This document shows positions 32,101 through 46,210 of a stretch of DNA of 64,000 nt, piece after piece; the first letter of the stretch is position 1, and the number at the start of each line of letters is the position of its first letter. The notes beneath the pieces are model-generated. The model did no database searches. It was given only the letters and a program-made list of their open reading frames with translations, and was not told the origin of the DNA. Location: assembly GCA_000182565.2 (NCBI GenBank), contig KQ257467.1; one strand, 5' to 3'. The position numbers were made by a program, and so were the translations under genes. Source of the DNA: Spizellomyces punctatus DAOM BR117. Lineage: Eukaryota.

Positions 32101-35100
32101 CACCGCCATACCATCAGGTATTCTGCGTTGAAAAGTATTCAATGGCGTGGCATATTTGACCAAGGATATTATTAACAGGCGCAACCACTCCTGGCTCTGG
32201 CCTATACAACCGCACATCGATCACTGCGGTCCGTCGTCGCAACCATTTGTTACAGCTGGTTGAGGACAAGAAGATTCTTGAAGTTGGACATTTGTTAGTG
32301 AAGGCGTACCAGGATCTAGTGTCGTCACAGCAAGACGGATCCACTCCTGTTCACACTGTTGACAAAAAGACCTTGGTCCGGACCGCAAAGGCCATGGAGG
32401 CGGATGGGTTACTTAAGATTCACACTATCACGCTACCTCAGATGAACGGCGGATATAGTAGCAAGATGCTATTCCTCCACCGGTCGCTGGAGCCAACAGA
32501 TAACAGAGTTCAAGAGTACATTGCTATGATGCACGATCGTCATGTGTTACTAGGCGGCAAGTATAAACCCGCCAAAGTTGAGATCGAGGATCTTGAGGTT
32601 GAGCGATTGGAAGATCTTCACAAACGGGCCATGATTGAAAAGGAATATAGTCGATCAGCGACGCCAACAATGTGGGGGCAAGTTGGGGTCTTCAGAGGGG
32701 TGAATGGAGACGAGCTGGCGCATATGGCTAATACCCTTGGTTCTGGCGGGTCCCACATCATGGAAGGGATTCAGAATTCACAGACCCGAGTATCAAGTCC
32801 TGCGGTTGGAGCTGGTACCCACGTGTCGCCAAATAACGAGATCGATGTCAAAACACCAACGGGCCAGAGTCTGGACTTGCAAAGGCAAACCGAATCCAAG
32901 AAAAAACTGCCAGGCAGCCAAGATCCCGATTCGGATCAGTTTTGGCTCAACGTTGCACAACACTATGGATATATCAACGCGAAGATGCTACGTGCAAGAT
33001 ACCTTCACGAATGGCTGTGGAACCGGGTGTTAGATAGGAAAGATCAGTCTGAGCGCACACCTGCGTCCATTTCCGGAGGTCCGTATAAGAATGGGGGTAT
33101 ATTCCAGGCCGCAATGCTGTTCCGTGAGTTGTCCTTTGACATGTTTCTGAAAATTGTTGGACAAACCGTGGCAAGTCCGGTTGTCGATGAATTTATGCGG
33201 CGTCCGGATTATGCAGATGTGAAGATTGGGGACCTGCCACCTGCCTTACGCACTGTGGTATTTGGAGGGAAGACCCGATACCGGCGATCACTTAAGCAAA
33301 TACTGGATATTTTAGAGGCCCTACACATTGTAATGCCCATGCCTCGCCTTGACGAAAACGGCAAGTACGTACATGCAGGTCTTGGAGACGAAAGGGCGAG
33401 TATTGCTGCGATGGCCGCTGACTATCTCCATCCCGTGTATCGGCTGGAATGGAGAGTACCACTGTATGACTGGGGAGCAGATGATCAACGGCTGTTGCGG
33501 CATTATACGATTGAAAGTTTGGAGGATTTAAAGCAGTATTGGTTCCAATTGGAGTTTACTTGTTCACGAAAGGATACGCAACGGATCCAGCGGTGGAGAG
33601 CTTACGAGGAGGGACAAACTGAGGAATCGTTGGAGCAGCACGACAATGGCCCCATTGACCTCACCACTGAAGAGAATTATTCCTTAAAAGTTCGCTCTGA
33701 GCGTCCAGGTTATTTGATGAAGGATAGTCATCCACTCGCTCATTTGAATAACGTGCGCAATTGGCACACTACTTTCCCCTATTCCGCACATCAAAGAAAT
33801 ATTCTTGAGTCGCACGTGGATCGCAGAACAGGTGAAACCCCTCTTGACAATGACCTCTTGTGCAGGCAGCTCGCCGAGGATACCGGACTCGGCATCGCCA
33901 GAGTAAAGTATTACTTTAAGCGAGCGGAGGATATGTATCAAGCCAAGGTTGCACTTCAACAACAGGCTCGGGAGAAGAGAAAGTTAACGCTTGAAAAGAG
34001 GCGCCAGGAGCTTGGTGTAGGGCGATATGCTGTTGGCATAAGACCGAGATCTTTGAAGACCGGGAGAATTACTAGAGCGGCTCGCGCCACATTTGACCAC
34101 GAAGGGCAGGAGGAAGCGGGCGGCAAAGAGCAAGTCCAACGTGCTGGGCGCAAAGTGCGAGAGGTCCTCCAACGACAGCGTGAAAGCCGGGTTCCAGGAC
34201 GCAGATCTTTCCGTGCCGGTGCAGGAAATGGCCCAGCTGCCGGCAGAGGGCCTGTTGTTGCCGTTGCCTCGGGTCTGGAGGAACTGAATGAGGAAAACAT
34301 CCCGGTTATTGCTGACGAAGATCGTTTCCAAACTCAGTATCAACAAGTCGCCAAACGAGTACGGCCCAATTGGACTGCGCAAGATGACGAAACGCTTCTT
34401 CATGCATATGCAATTATGCATAATCGATCAGGCCCCCGCTTCCAGTGGATACCGCTTGCAGCTCTCTTTGAAGGCAGCGACCTGTCAGCCAGGAAGGGCA
34501 GCAGAATGACTGAGCTGTGTCGCCGGAGGATGAACGTTCTTCTGAAATCCCCAGTCACACAAGACCGGTTGAATAATTTGACTTCTCAGTGGCCTGCGAT
34601 TCTCGCGAAAGGTGTTGCGGAGAACAAGCTGGAAGCACAGGAAAATGTGGATATCCAGAACCTCAACCTGGCTCCCATGATTGAATACTTCATCACAACC
34701 AATGCAGCCTTGGCCAAGTATGTATATGGGCGTATTCAGACATGACTTGAGTTCTAAAAATTACTCAATAAATCCCGAGCAGGTCAAAAACGGACTCCGC
34801 ACCGTTGATACCACTTCCTTCGACTTCTCAAGAGCTCGAAAGGTTCTTTGTCGTGAAAAATAAACTAAGCCGGAGTATCCAGGCGCTGACGGATCTGGAG
34901 GATGAGCTGGATGAACGATACAGCTCGCGAAGCAAAATGTCTGTTTTGTACGCCAGGTCACTGACAGGGTTGCTTACGAATGAAGATCAAGTTGATTTTG
35001 CTGTGTCCTCTGACCCGACATGTGAGCAAGTAGAGGAGAATGTGGTCAAGGCTGTCATCAAGGTAATTGCATAGCACTCTCAAATCTTTGTATTGTTTCT

Positions 35101-36809
35101 GAAGCCCAGGATCATAGATGATCTTGATGACTCCCGAGTCAGCATACGACCCTACTCATGCATTTTGGATCCTTCATGCTTTCCCTCACCATGTGATTGC
35201 GAACGCACTTCGCAAAATGAATGAAGATCAGTCCATTGTAAAGATCAAGGGGAGCACTGATCGCAGAGTGCCTGGTCGTGGATTCGTTTTGTCAGACAAG
35301 TGTGTGGCTCGCTTTTTTTTCACATTCATGCAATTGTTTCTGAGATAAATGGCTAGGTTCCTTTCTACAATCGCAGGACCTCTTCCGGATCGTTTGCTCC
35401 CCCAAGCAGTGGCATACCATAGAGAACTTTTTGGAGAACTCAAGAATGGGCAGTCAATGTTTTCCCCATTTGCCAATAGCGGGGCAATGGCGGCTCTCCT
35501 GGAGGCCGTCGCTGCTCGGTTGATCAGATTACAACCTAAATTCAATATTCGACTGGAAACGCACGGAGTTTTTGAATTATATGATAGTGAGTGATCAGCA
35601 GAGATAGAGTTCGTTTACCTGGTGTGTTTAATCTGCTTTTGCAGACCCGTCAATGGGGAATGCCGACGTATGCATTCTGCCTCCGGCCACCGAGTTACTC
35701 GTTTCAAGGACAACGACAACTGACAAGGGAAAACGGAAAGCAGATGATATTGAAGTCCCATCAGATGCCAAACGAACCAAGGATGGTCATACCGAACCAC
35801 CGCGTCCTGAGGTGGACGAGGAAGTGGGAACGATCAGTACGACGGCGTGTTATGGTGAAACAGCGGAGGAGGTGCTGAATAACGCGCCCATTGCGAAGGA
35901 GAGCGATCGTATTTGGATGCGCAAGATCTACGAAGTGGTCAAAGAGGCTGGCATTTGTGGGGTTTCGGCGTTGAACTTGCAGGTATGTAGTCTGGGATGT
36001 AGTTGTTACGCAGAGAATAAAGTTCATGTGCTTTTTACGGTTTCAGTCCACATTCCGTGGTTTTGGCATTGACGGCAATCAACTGGACAAATACTTGCGT
36101 ATGTTTTCGACAACGTTTCGATTGGCAAAACCACCAGTACCACTCGTATCACAAGTCGGATTTTCCGACATTCGATACGTCTCCGACGACAATCTATCTC
36201 GATGGACAGTCGCCACTACCCGACAAGCTTATGAACAGAGCGGGGACATAGTTGTGGAATCAATGCAGCTTGATGCCCCGCGCGCTCCCAAAATGGGCTC
36301 GGATGATTTTACAGCGGCGCGAATGTGGTACGATATCAATGGAAAGCAAGTTGATAGTGTAAAGCGGGCCTGCATGGAAGCTGTTTTGGGCACTATAGTG
36401 CAGAAACCTGGGATATACGAGGTACGTTGTGCGTTAGTTGGCAAGTCATTGCAGCACACAATTGAATGTCATGTCGGCTGACAGGCGAAGCTGTATCGGC
36501 GCTTGGGAAGTGTCATGACGAGAGTAGAACTGGCAGAGATCCTTCAAATACTCGTGGACCGCGGCGCTTGTCGAAGAAAGTGCCTTCTAAAGCCCCGACC
36601 TATAACAAGCTTATTTGGTGGCTTGTTTGGACCAAATGGCCACGTTGAAGAGTACACCGAATGCGGTAAGAGGGCACTCCAATTTGGTTTGCGAAAGTCA
36701 TTGGTGATGAATAATGTGGGTGCATATTGTAGCGGAAACGTATCTCGACGATCATCGCATAAGCTGTTACTGGCCTCAAGAAGAATGGTACTTGAAGACT
36801 CTAATGTGA
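29198..36809 (+). CDS. TFC3: RNA polymerase III transcription factor TFIIIC B-box-binding subunit (Tfc3/tau138/GTF3C1-like) with an internal PHD finger
   Basis: N-terminus MDDLLKIVLEEVALEESQGCTPERLWSLL; B-block winged-helix segment LIAKCRSAGITQMELSKVLHYDPRSLFHYIKVL...TNLCIHKRF; QVYRLIALSGKKG; VDKKTLVRTAKAM; WTAQDDETL; C-terminal MWYDING...VLGTIVQKPGI. About 16 exons. Confidence 0.85.
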
Positions 36810-37014
36810 GCGTGACAATTACAGTAGCACAAACATCAAAGCAGGCAATTGGTGTTATCGTAAAGCTGGATATAATTTGTAAATACACATATGAATATAC
36901 TTGTATATTTGAAGGTGATAACTTTTATTGTGTGAGTTGCAGATGCCAGAATCCTGTATACAAAAAAAAGCACACTTTGTGTCCCGTAATATTTATCACG
37001 ACCGTAGCTCCAGT

Positions 37015-37833
37015 CTATTGACCACCATATAGTTCATGGATCCGGTCCCAAGTGCGCTCGAAGTGGGTGGGGCACTCATACCCGTGTGGGTTCTTGGTCA
37101 GGTAATCCTAAGAACAATAAATCAGTTATATTCGGCATCTAAATTGCTCGCTGAATTTCATCCTACTACCTGATGATAGTCTTCCGCATTCCAAAATGTC
37201 CCCACAGGCTCTACCGTCGTTGATACCGGGTGACTGCCAAAATGGTGTTGGACCGCTTTCACTTGCTCTCGCGCAATCTTCTGCTGCTGCTCATTATGGT
37301 ACAGAATGGCCGACCTGTACTGCGTACCAATGTCTCCCCCTTGTCGATTCTTTGTCGTTGGGTCGTGCATACGGAAGCTGTACGCAACACATCAAGCAGG
37401 TCAACTTAGGTTGAAGTCACCGATTTTACATCTCCGAAACCTACAAGAAGTCCACTAATTCTTCATAGGACAGCTTCGTCGGATCATACTTGATCTGTAG
37501 CGCCTCGGAGTGACCCGTTGTTCCACTGCACACTTGCTTGTACGTGGGACGTTCTGCCGAACCACCAGCATATCCCACCAGCGTTTCTATGCCATTTTGC
37601 CCAAATTTCTTTTCAAAGGATTTCTCAACACCCCAAAAGCAACCTGCCGCAAAGGTTGCGAGATCGTATTTTCCCTGGGGGTCTGGTGCAAAGCCTGTAC
37701 CTGCGGAGGATGTTGAACCCATCTTGTTTGGTGCGAATGAAAAGCAACGCTGGATGTTTGTGATGCGGAATAAACTTGTCGCACGAGAAGCTGTGAAAGA
37801 GTTCCTGATTGTGTTTGGTATGATGGGATTCAT
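37015..37833 (-). CDS. MSRA: Peptide methionine sulfoxide reductase A (3 exons)
   Basis: [62 protein letters not shown]. Alternative in-frame ATG at 37722. Confidence 0.96.
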
Positions 37834-38292
37834 GCACACTTTTTCTTTTCGGAAACCCACAGCGGGAGGACTCTCCCGCAACTTTGGCCAGGAGTGGCGA
37901 GAAGGACGCTTACGCTGTGCTTTCCGTGCTGTGCTGGGTGAGTCAACTTGTAATTCAACTTTCCACCAATTTTCAAGCTTTCAACTAGACTTTTTGGTTG
38001 AGATATCATTACTGTTTTAAACTACATACACCTTCATTGTCTGTATATTTCAATGATTCCAAGTTTTGGAATTGTTCATCTTTTTTCCAAGTAGGATTTC
38101 ATGCAAACTCATCCAAGTTTAAACTTGTAGTATCATATCTCTGCCTCGCACGTGATGAAGCAAGTCATCCATCATCCGCTTGCAAGTTTCGTTCCGTCGT
38201 ATCATCTCCCAACAATCCGTCCACAAAAGCATTTCCAAATAACCCATAACTATTGAGCGTAGAAGCTGGTGTCAACTTCGTAGTTTGCAAAT

Positions 38293-39296
38293 ATGTCACG
38301 ATATCAGCCGCTGTCTGTAGAGCCTTCAGCTGCTAGGAGGCGGTCCCGAGCCGCTTTTTATTGCCAAGGGTGTGGGGACTTTTGCCTACAAGTATTCGAA
38401 GGCGTATCTCATAAGCTGCCAACACGGATGGAGATAGTAGGATATTTGTCTGGCGGATTGGTACGTTGAGACTGCTTATCCTTGAGGGAAAGGAGCGTTG
38501 CCGCACCGGCAATGGCAAGCTCTGTCGAGCCAGTTCTTAGTCTTGCGCTCTACTTAAAGAGAAGAACCTTGGACGCAGGTCGATATGCTGATAGAGCCTT
38601 CCTATTAGTTTGCGATAGGATGGTGGGTTTTCATCGACGGTGTCGTCTTCTCATCTACACGCGATCCTCCGTTGCCCGTTCAAATCCGTTTTGAGGATTG
38701 GATCCCAGGAGTGCTATCCACAATAGCGCTGATCATGTAAGGCTCTGTCCTTTTTGTAAGAAATTATTAAATACTCTCAGGTTTTTTGCTAACTCATCTG
38801 GCTGTTATCAAACCAGTGTCAATTTGATCAATAGAGATATGTTGAGCGCAGACGATAGCTCGTTCAGTGGAACAAATGTGGCAACAAAAGCTCGTGGATG
38901 TGCTTTTGTGGGAGTGTCTATGGCTTTAGGGGCGTTGGGGGGAGCCTTGGTGAGCTCGATATTGCAGGTCTTACCACCGTCCGATACAGGCGTATATTAA
39001 TCTCTTGGTGCAGGCAGTAACAAGCTTAAAGTACATCCTACCGGGGTATAAGGGCGACGCATTCTACTTTGGTATCTGCATTGCTGCACAGAATTTCCTT
39101 ATTTTCGTCTCGTGAGTAGCTTCCTTTCGTGTTTTGCTGCATGCTTGCCGAAGGGATGTCAAGCGATGGAGGCTTTGCTCGTCCTGCCATTTTACTAATA
39201 TATAGTGAATGATTTGCTCTACTTTAACCATGCAGATCCATGATTTTATGGTTTGGAAGAAATAGCGGTACAGAAGAACAATACCCTGGATACTGA
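38293..39296 (+). CDS. VPS68: Vacuolar protein sorting Vps68 / TMEM50 (UPF0220) membrane protein
   Basis: GYLSGGL; GWWVFIDG...FEDWIPGVLSTIALII; VNLINR...KARGCAFVG; AQNFLIFVSSMILW. Confidence 0.9.
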
Positions 39297-39531
39297 TGCA
39301 CAACACGGATGCAACACTCTGCGGCCTTTCGAGTACTAGCAAGTTTTCACGGTTTTTGTATGGATGGTAGACATTCAAACATGCGTTCAGTATTCTCCTG
39401 ATACTCGTCATATAGTGGTAATTGGTACCCGCGTTTGACCAACATGACTTAACCATTAATAGCAAGACTGTATAGCAGCTTGTTTACAAAGCAATAACTG
39501 ATATTCCATACAACACTATTTCCCAAACAAT

Positions 39532-40743
39532 TTAGCAGCAACCACCACCTTGCTGAGCTTGCACTGGAGCACCGCCGCCAACCTTGACATTGGCCTTGTT
39601 GGCTGGCGCCGCAGCAGCGGAACTGCCCATCCTGAAGTTAAACAAGAGAGTGAGCCGCTTGCGCATATCTCTTGTGCAAACACCTGACCCCGTCCATATA
39701 CCTGTCTTTGATCTGCTTTGCCATTGTCAGGAAAGCCTGCTCAACATTCGTGGCGTTCTTTGCACTGGTCTCCAAAAATGGGATCTGCAGGTTGTCTGCA
39801 AACTCCTAAATTTTCAAAGCGAGCATCGATTTCATTTAGAGATATTCCAATTTGCCATACGCATCTTTTTCGTCGTTTTATACCTTTGCCGTGTTGTACT
39901 CCACAACCTTCTTGTTTGTCAAATCGCTCTTATTTCCAACCAAAAGCTTGTTGACCCCTTCGCAAGCGTACCGATCAATCTCCTGGAGCCACTGTTTCAC
40001 GTTGGTGAAGGTATCCTGATCTGTCACGTCGTAGACGACAATGATACCGTGCGCACCACGGTAGTAACTAGAAGTGATAGTACGGAATCGCTCCTGGCCG
40101 GCAGTGTCCCACTAGGGAAGGACTCTGCATTAGTCTTCCTTCCCCTGACAGAAATGTCATGATTGGCGGACGACAGGTTCTAAAGCTTACAATTTGTAGC
40201 TTCACGGTCTTCCCCTCTAATTCAATGGTACGAATTTTCTGATGGATAGATGATGTGTTAGATATCCAAATACAACACGGAGTAATTTCCGTAATGCCAC
40301 TACTTACAAAGTCGACACCGATGGTACTGATATAACTTTCAGTGTAGGTATCATCCTGTTTCAACAAAAATGTTAGCTCCCCGTTTTCACAGAACAAAAA
40401 AGTGCATCGCACTACTCACGGCAAACCGGAGAAGCAAGCAAGACTTTCCCACACCGGAGTCGCCAATAAGCAACAGCTTAAAGAGGTAGTCGCTGGAAGG
40501 GATAACAAGGTTCATAAGCATTTCCTCACAACGAATGTCCATAGCTAGCCTATTTCCCAAAGTTTACATATTCTCTGCACGCAAATGCTCTCGGATTGTA
40601 TGCCAGCCCAGGTCTACTCCAGTATCTGCAAGTCATCCACTCCACTGTAGCGGTTGGTAGTGCCAGTGCAATCTCCATCACAAACACACGTAATAGAAAG
40701 CCTCCATTTCGATGCAGTAGACTACTTACTATTCAGGATTCAT
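39532..40743 (-). CDS. YPT1: Rab1/Ypt1 GTPase (multi-exon)
   Basis: [64 protein letters not shown]-terminal GGGCC*. Confidence 0.98.
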
Positions 40744-41331
40744 AATTGCAAAAGGATATCAGACTGTATTGGGAGTTCAGAAGAGGTTATGTCAGTCATG
40801 TCATGAGACACCGCAATTACAGCCGCCAGGGTCAACTATGCCCGTGTTGCTCACGTCCCCGTCATGCCACCATGCAAAAATCTCCGGCTCAGAATAAAGC
40901 CTTCCATCACTTGTAAGCGACTTTGGTTCCAACTTACCACTTGACACAAGATTATAAAGAGATGGAATGCGATTGTGAAATAAGAACGCGGTTATGCAGT
41001 CCGTCTAGGCTCAAACTGAGGTCTTTTTCGTTATTGAAGAGCGAGGGCAGTCTCTTCCTTCTCTCTTTCTAATGCCGATGGCTTTCAAAAGGATGTTTCG
41101 CGAGTTTAGTGGGAAGGAAAAACGTGAGATGGCGTTCGCAGCCCAACAAGAAACGTGTCGACTAAAAGCTGCGGATTGCGGGCTTTGTAAACGGCACTGA
41201 CCCGATGATAAAAAGGTTTCGCATTATCATCAGGTGGCTTAAGTCAGCAGACATCGCATTCCCCGACCTCCCGTTTCCAGATTGCAGAACGTTTATTTAT
41301 CGACTAAATGACAGTGTTTAACATTAGGATT

Positions 41332-43698
41332 CTATATTTTACGCTTTGGAATAAGGGTCGTTGGCAGTACATCTGGCACTTCCGCCCATCCCTTTTTATG
41401 AATATCACATAAATGCATAGCAACAACAAACTCATCAGAATCCAGATATCCATCTAAATAAACAATGAAAACACAAGTCATAAAAATATGAGCATTGTTC
41501 TTGTGGTAATTAGAAAGCGTGGTAAAACCAGTAAAACCATACCTTGGGTCCAGTCTGCCAATCTCCACACTTTGGCAAGCAGTTGGGTGTCCAAGCCAGT
41601 GGATTCCAAGATTGGTTTGACCGTGGCACCAGATACCTTTCCGTCTACTCCTGCCAGGGTGCGGAAGCGCTCCAGATATTTTCGGCGGTCAATGGCATCT
41701 AAAAGAACGAGAGCTTGCGCATGAATGCAAATCCAGGCTTGCCAACTAAAAATGGATAAAAAGCCAACCATATAGCCATATTTCCTCAGTCTGCGCTTTG
41801 CCTGGACTTCCAGGTGTGGGAGAGATTGGACTCTCGAACGGGTTTCTTTCCGGTGCAGCAATCGTCGGCTGGGCAGCTGGATACTCTGACATTAGTTTAG
41901 GGAAATCGATCGATAGGGCCTAGGGAGCACCGATGAGTTTATTGAGAATGAATAATCTCATATAGTATAAATAAGGGCATACCTCATTGACAGCTTGCAA
42001 CATCTTGTCATTGAGTTTGGAGAACTTTTCCAACTTGAACATGGCTAGCTTCTCCTTGAATTTTTCGGGATCAGGAAAGTCTCCTCGTGTTAATCCGTGA
42101 ATACGTTCAAGCTTTAAGAACTCCGCTTCCAAGTTGGTAATCAAGCTGTCTTGCTTGTCCTTACGTCCAAAGAAGCTGGGCATTTCTTGGCGCAGATGAG
42201 AAATGATGAGGGCGTGCACCTTTGAAAATAGTCCCCATATCCAGTCAATAATGTATCTGGACTTTGGCAACGACATTTACCCACCTTTGCCATGCGCGTT
42301 CTTTTTACAATCTCATTGATTTTTCTGACTACAGCGTTCCGTGGAAGCGCCTTCAAATCATTCAACAGATCCTGTTGCTCGGCTTTGAGCAGAGCAGCAC
42401 AATCAACGTTCTGAAGTGGTTGATCCCAGAAGGAACCGATGTCTAAGAGAGCAATGTAGAAAGAACAATATCTTTCATGTCAGGACCGGCGGAATGTATG
42501 GCAATCAAAGGAGAAAATACGTACACACCCGCGGTACCTCTGGGGTCCCTAGCACCTTTCCAAGGGACCACATCAGAGCACCGTATCTAATATTCTCTTT
42601 AGATCAGAGTCATGTGGCATCGCTGATCCAGAATAGTCATACATACACACGCATCAATTGCTGTCCAGTAACAGTGTCCGCCTTGTTGAGTACGACACGA
42701 ATTTTTTCGTCATTTCCTTTCAAGGACATGATTGCACGTTTAAATTCATCTCCAATGTCCAGCTTCGCAACATCAAACAATAAGAGGATGAGTTGACTCC
42801 GTCCGGCGAACCATTCCACGACGGATGTAAAGTCATAAGATCGCCCAATGCTCTGTTTCTCTCCGCTCAGAATTCCGGGAGTATCAATCAGGATGACATT
42901 TTCCAAGACGGGAGAGTTGACAAGAGAAACCTATATGCCAAGCAGAACATGTGAATATCAAGTGCCAAAGAGTCTAGTAAGCAGATGGAAACCTATCGCT
43001 CGTACCTGGAACTTCTGGAGGAAAGATGATCCAAATCGCGTCATGGCAGTGAAAGGCAACTCTGCACTGACTGCAGCAGCATTGCCTGGAATGATCCTCT
43101 CGTCGCCGTTCATGACCGCAACAAACCGGTCAGTCTAGTATTGATCAGTGTTCATATTAGGACTCTCATTGCCAACCACTTCTGCACTTTCTATACATAC
43201 CGTGGGTTCCGGTCCAATGTGCAATCCTGGGTACTCCTTATCCAGAATGTACTTGACGAATGTGGACTTTCCAACACTGTATTGCCCGATAAGCAGTACC
43301 ATCGGTTTTGCCTCGATATCGGCATCGGTAAGGTAAGGGGAATGAAATTGTTCAAAGTTATAAGTTTGCTCCAATGGTCGAATCTTGGTCTAGTATGGAA
43401 TGCATAACTGGTCAATATTATGCGGTACAGGTTAACGGAGACGACTCAACACGAACTTTGTAAATTCTTTTTAGACCATCGACAATATCAGAGTATTCTG
43501 CTTTTGAGCTAATATTTGCCGTGGACGATTTCGGTGAGAGCTTCGCTTTACTCTTGTTAGGTCTGAATAAACACACGTTCGTTGCAAATCCAGTAAGATT
43601 GAAGCTCAAAGTAAGAGGGTTCCGCTGATCACTTACTTTATAGACCTCGTAGGAAGCGTAGGAGGCCCCCCTGCTGGGCTGCTGGGTGAATCGCTCAT
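41332..43698 (-). CDS. EHD: EH-domain-containing dynamin-like ATPase (EHD/RME-1 family)
   Basis: KPMVLLIGQYSVGKST, IGPEPTTDRF, IDTPGILSGEKQ, LNKAD, VYGALMWSLGKV, C-terminal EH domain (LAKVWRLAD..DGYLDSDEFVVAMHL). Confidence 0.95.
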
Positions 43699-43970
43699 AC
43701 TGTCTCTTACTCAAACTAGAAGGTGCAGGTTGGAACAATGAGAGAGCGGAGACCACTTCTGCTGAGCTTCGCGTCCTTGGATCTGTAACGTAAGCAAGAA
43801 GAAAGCCACACTTGCCCGTACCATGGGTTCGCGACAGTTTATTCTCCGACTGAAATATTTTCAGCCCAGAGGGCTCAACGACCTTTGGCAAAAGGCATTA
43901 ATGTAGTCTCCTATAGAACATGCGAAATTTCCCCGTCTATGTGGTCTACGTATCTATATCTAAATACATG

Positions 43971-45821
43971 TCAAGAGCCAACCCGCCAACTTTTCAACCC
44001 AAACCGTTCAAACGCGCCTCGCTCAAGATCAGCCCGGTGGTTTGGATGGGCAACTTCAATTAGAGCTTTTGCGCGTTGGACGAGTGATTTTCCGAAAAGA
44101 TACGCAATTCCGTATTCGGTCACTACATAGTGAACATCTAGGATGTACAAAACCACATCAGCATACGACCCTGTCTAGATGACTGTACGGTACTTACGGG
44201 GCCTTGTCGTAATGACCCCTGCACCGGGTTTAAGAATGGAAACAATGCGAGAACCTCCATATTTGTCGGTGGAGGGAAGGCAGATGATCGGCACGCCTTC
44301 ACGACTCAATGCCGCACCTCGTTCGAAATCGACTTGCCCTCCTACTCCAGATATCATACGGGTACCGATGGAATCTTGCCGGCAAAAGTTAGGAATGGCC
44401 TACACCATTAACTATACCAGTATCCTCACCTGCACACACTTGACCGGTCAAATCTACTTCCACTGCTGAGTTTATGGCTGTAACCCGCGGATTACTACCG
44501 ATAAGGCTCGGGTTATTTGTCACTGATGCGTCAAGAAAGGAAACCGTGGGATTGTCATTTACAAAATCGTAGACGCGACGAGAGCCCTGCGATTCAAATA
44601 TATAGCTTGAGTACAAGTTGACAGCCGGTATTCTCCCACAGGTCATCAAGTACCATCACGAAGGAAGTGACAATCTTTCCCGGCATGAAACTTTTGTTGA
44701 AGTTTGTTATAACGCCCTTGTCAATCAAGTCAATTACTCCCTCTTCGAACATTTCTAGTAGGTAAGTAGGTAAGAAGGAAGCAATTTTCATTTCCTGGTT
44801 CTTGTAGGAACGAAAGGAATATGCGACAATAAGATTAAGTGACATACCCGTATGGATACCGAGATCCTTATGTCCTCCAAGCTGAGACAAAACTGCATTT
44901 GGAATCGCCCCTATCCCCATTTGCAACGTAGCACCATCCTTAACCAGCCCGGCAATATGTTTTCCAATAGCCTGTTCCACCTCGGTGGGCCCCACGCCAA
45001 CTTTGCGCTCAGGTAAAGATTCATCTACATGGAATACGTAATCAAGCGATGAATAATGTATCGAACTTGCGCCGTGGGTTCGAGGCATGGATGGATTAAT
45101 TTGCGCAATCAGTATAGGAGAAACTTGAGCCGCAGCCAAAGAGGTGGCTACTTCTACCCCCAAGGAGCAGTATCCATGCCGGTCAGGAGGGGAGACGTTG
45201 AGGATGGCTACATCAGGCTTCATGATCCCCGTTCGCATGAGCTTTGGAACTTCGTGAAGGAAGACGGGCACGTAGCTCCCAGCACCTGCAGCGACAGATG
45301 CTCGTGCGTTGGCTCCAATGAAGAAGTGATTAGTGTAGAATGAAGCCATGTTGCCTGGTACGTTGCATCTAGATCGGTATATATATATTGTCATGAACTG
45401 CCATCTCAGGGTGATAATCATTAGCATCCACACTTACGGATTTGGCTTTTCGAGATGGAGGTGGCAGAACTCTACATCTTTCAATTCCGATGCGCGTTTT
45501 GACAGAGCTAGGAAAATCGCCCAGTTAATTTGGCATTAAGGATAAACAAAAGGCAGGCCGCCCGCACTTTAGGGCGAATTCTGCATATTTCAAAGTTACA
45601 TCTATCGCAATATTATTCTTACCCTCTAGCAATGTCCCTGGAACAGCTGCAACACCATGTACGAATACTCGAGAGTGTGACTTTATATTCGCCACGGCCT
45701 CTTCGGCTGTGGTACATACGATAGGTGTTTTTCCAGTGCGGGTAAGGAGCGTGCGATAAATCGATGCTCGAGAAGAAGAAGGTGATAGAATTCGACCCCG
45801 CATCGCTCTGCCGATATGCAT
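43971..45821 (-). CDS. Acetyl-CoA hydrolase/transferase family I (4-hydroxybutyrate / acetate:succinate CoA-transferase-like) with mitochondrial presequence
   Basis: VSPPDRHGYCSLG, DGATLQMGIGAIP, LGIHTEM, AINSAVEVDLTGQV, SGVGGQVDFERGA, YVVTEYGIA; Arg/Ser-rich N-terminus. Confidence 0.92.
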
Positions 45822-46210
45822 AGTTGCTTGTAAAAATGCGGGAAATGCAACGCCGATGGGTCTTTAGGAACTGTGCATGGCAAGCGCTGTGGTATCGAGG
45901 TGACCGGTGATGACTCACGGCTGCTTAGTCATCATTCAAGAAACTTGATGTTGTTCCCGCCGTCTTTCAACTTTCTATGCGCAAAGACATTTTCACCATT
46001 CGTGAGATACCATGGGCAATTTTATATGGGCCTACAATTGTATATCATTGAGTAAGAATAATGAGTCCCATGACGGAATCTCCTCCGAGGTAACAAGGTG
46101 CAATCATGTGCGCAAAGGCGAGAGTGTTTGTTCCGCCTAAATACATCCGCTAATTATATAAACTGTATCCTTGAACATTCATCCCTGCACATTCAACCCT
46201 TTCCAAGTCC

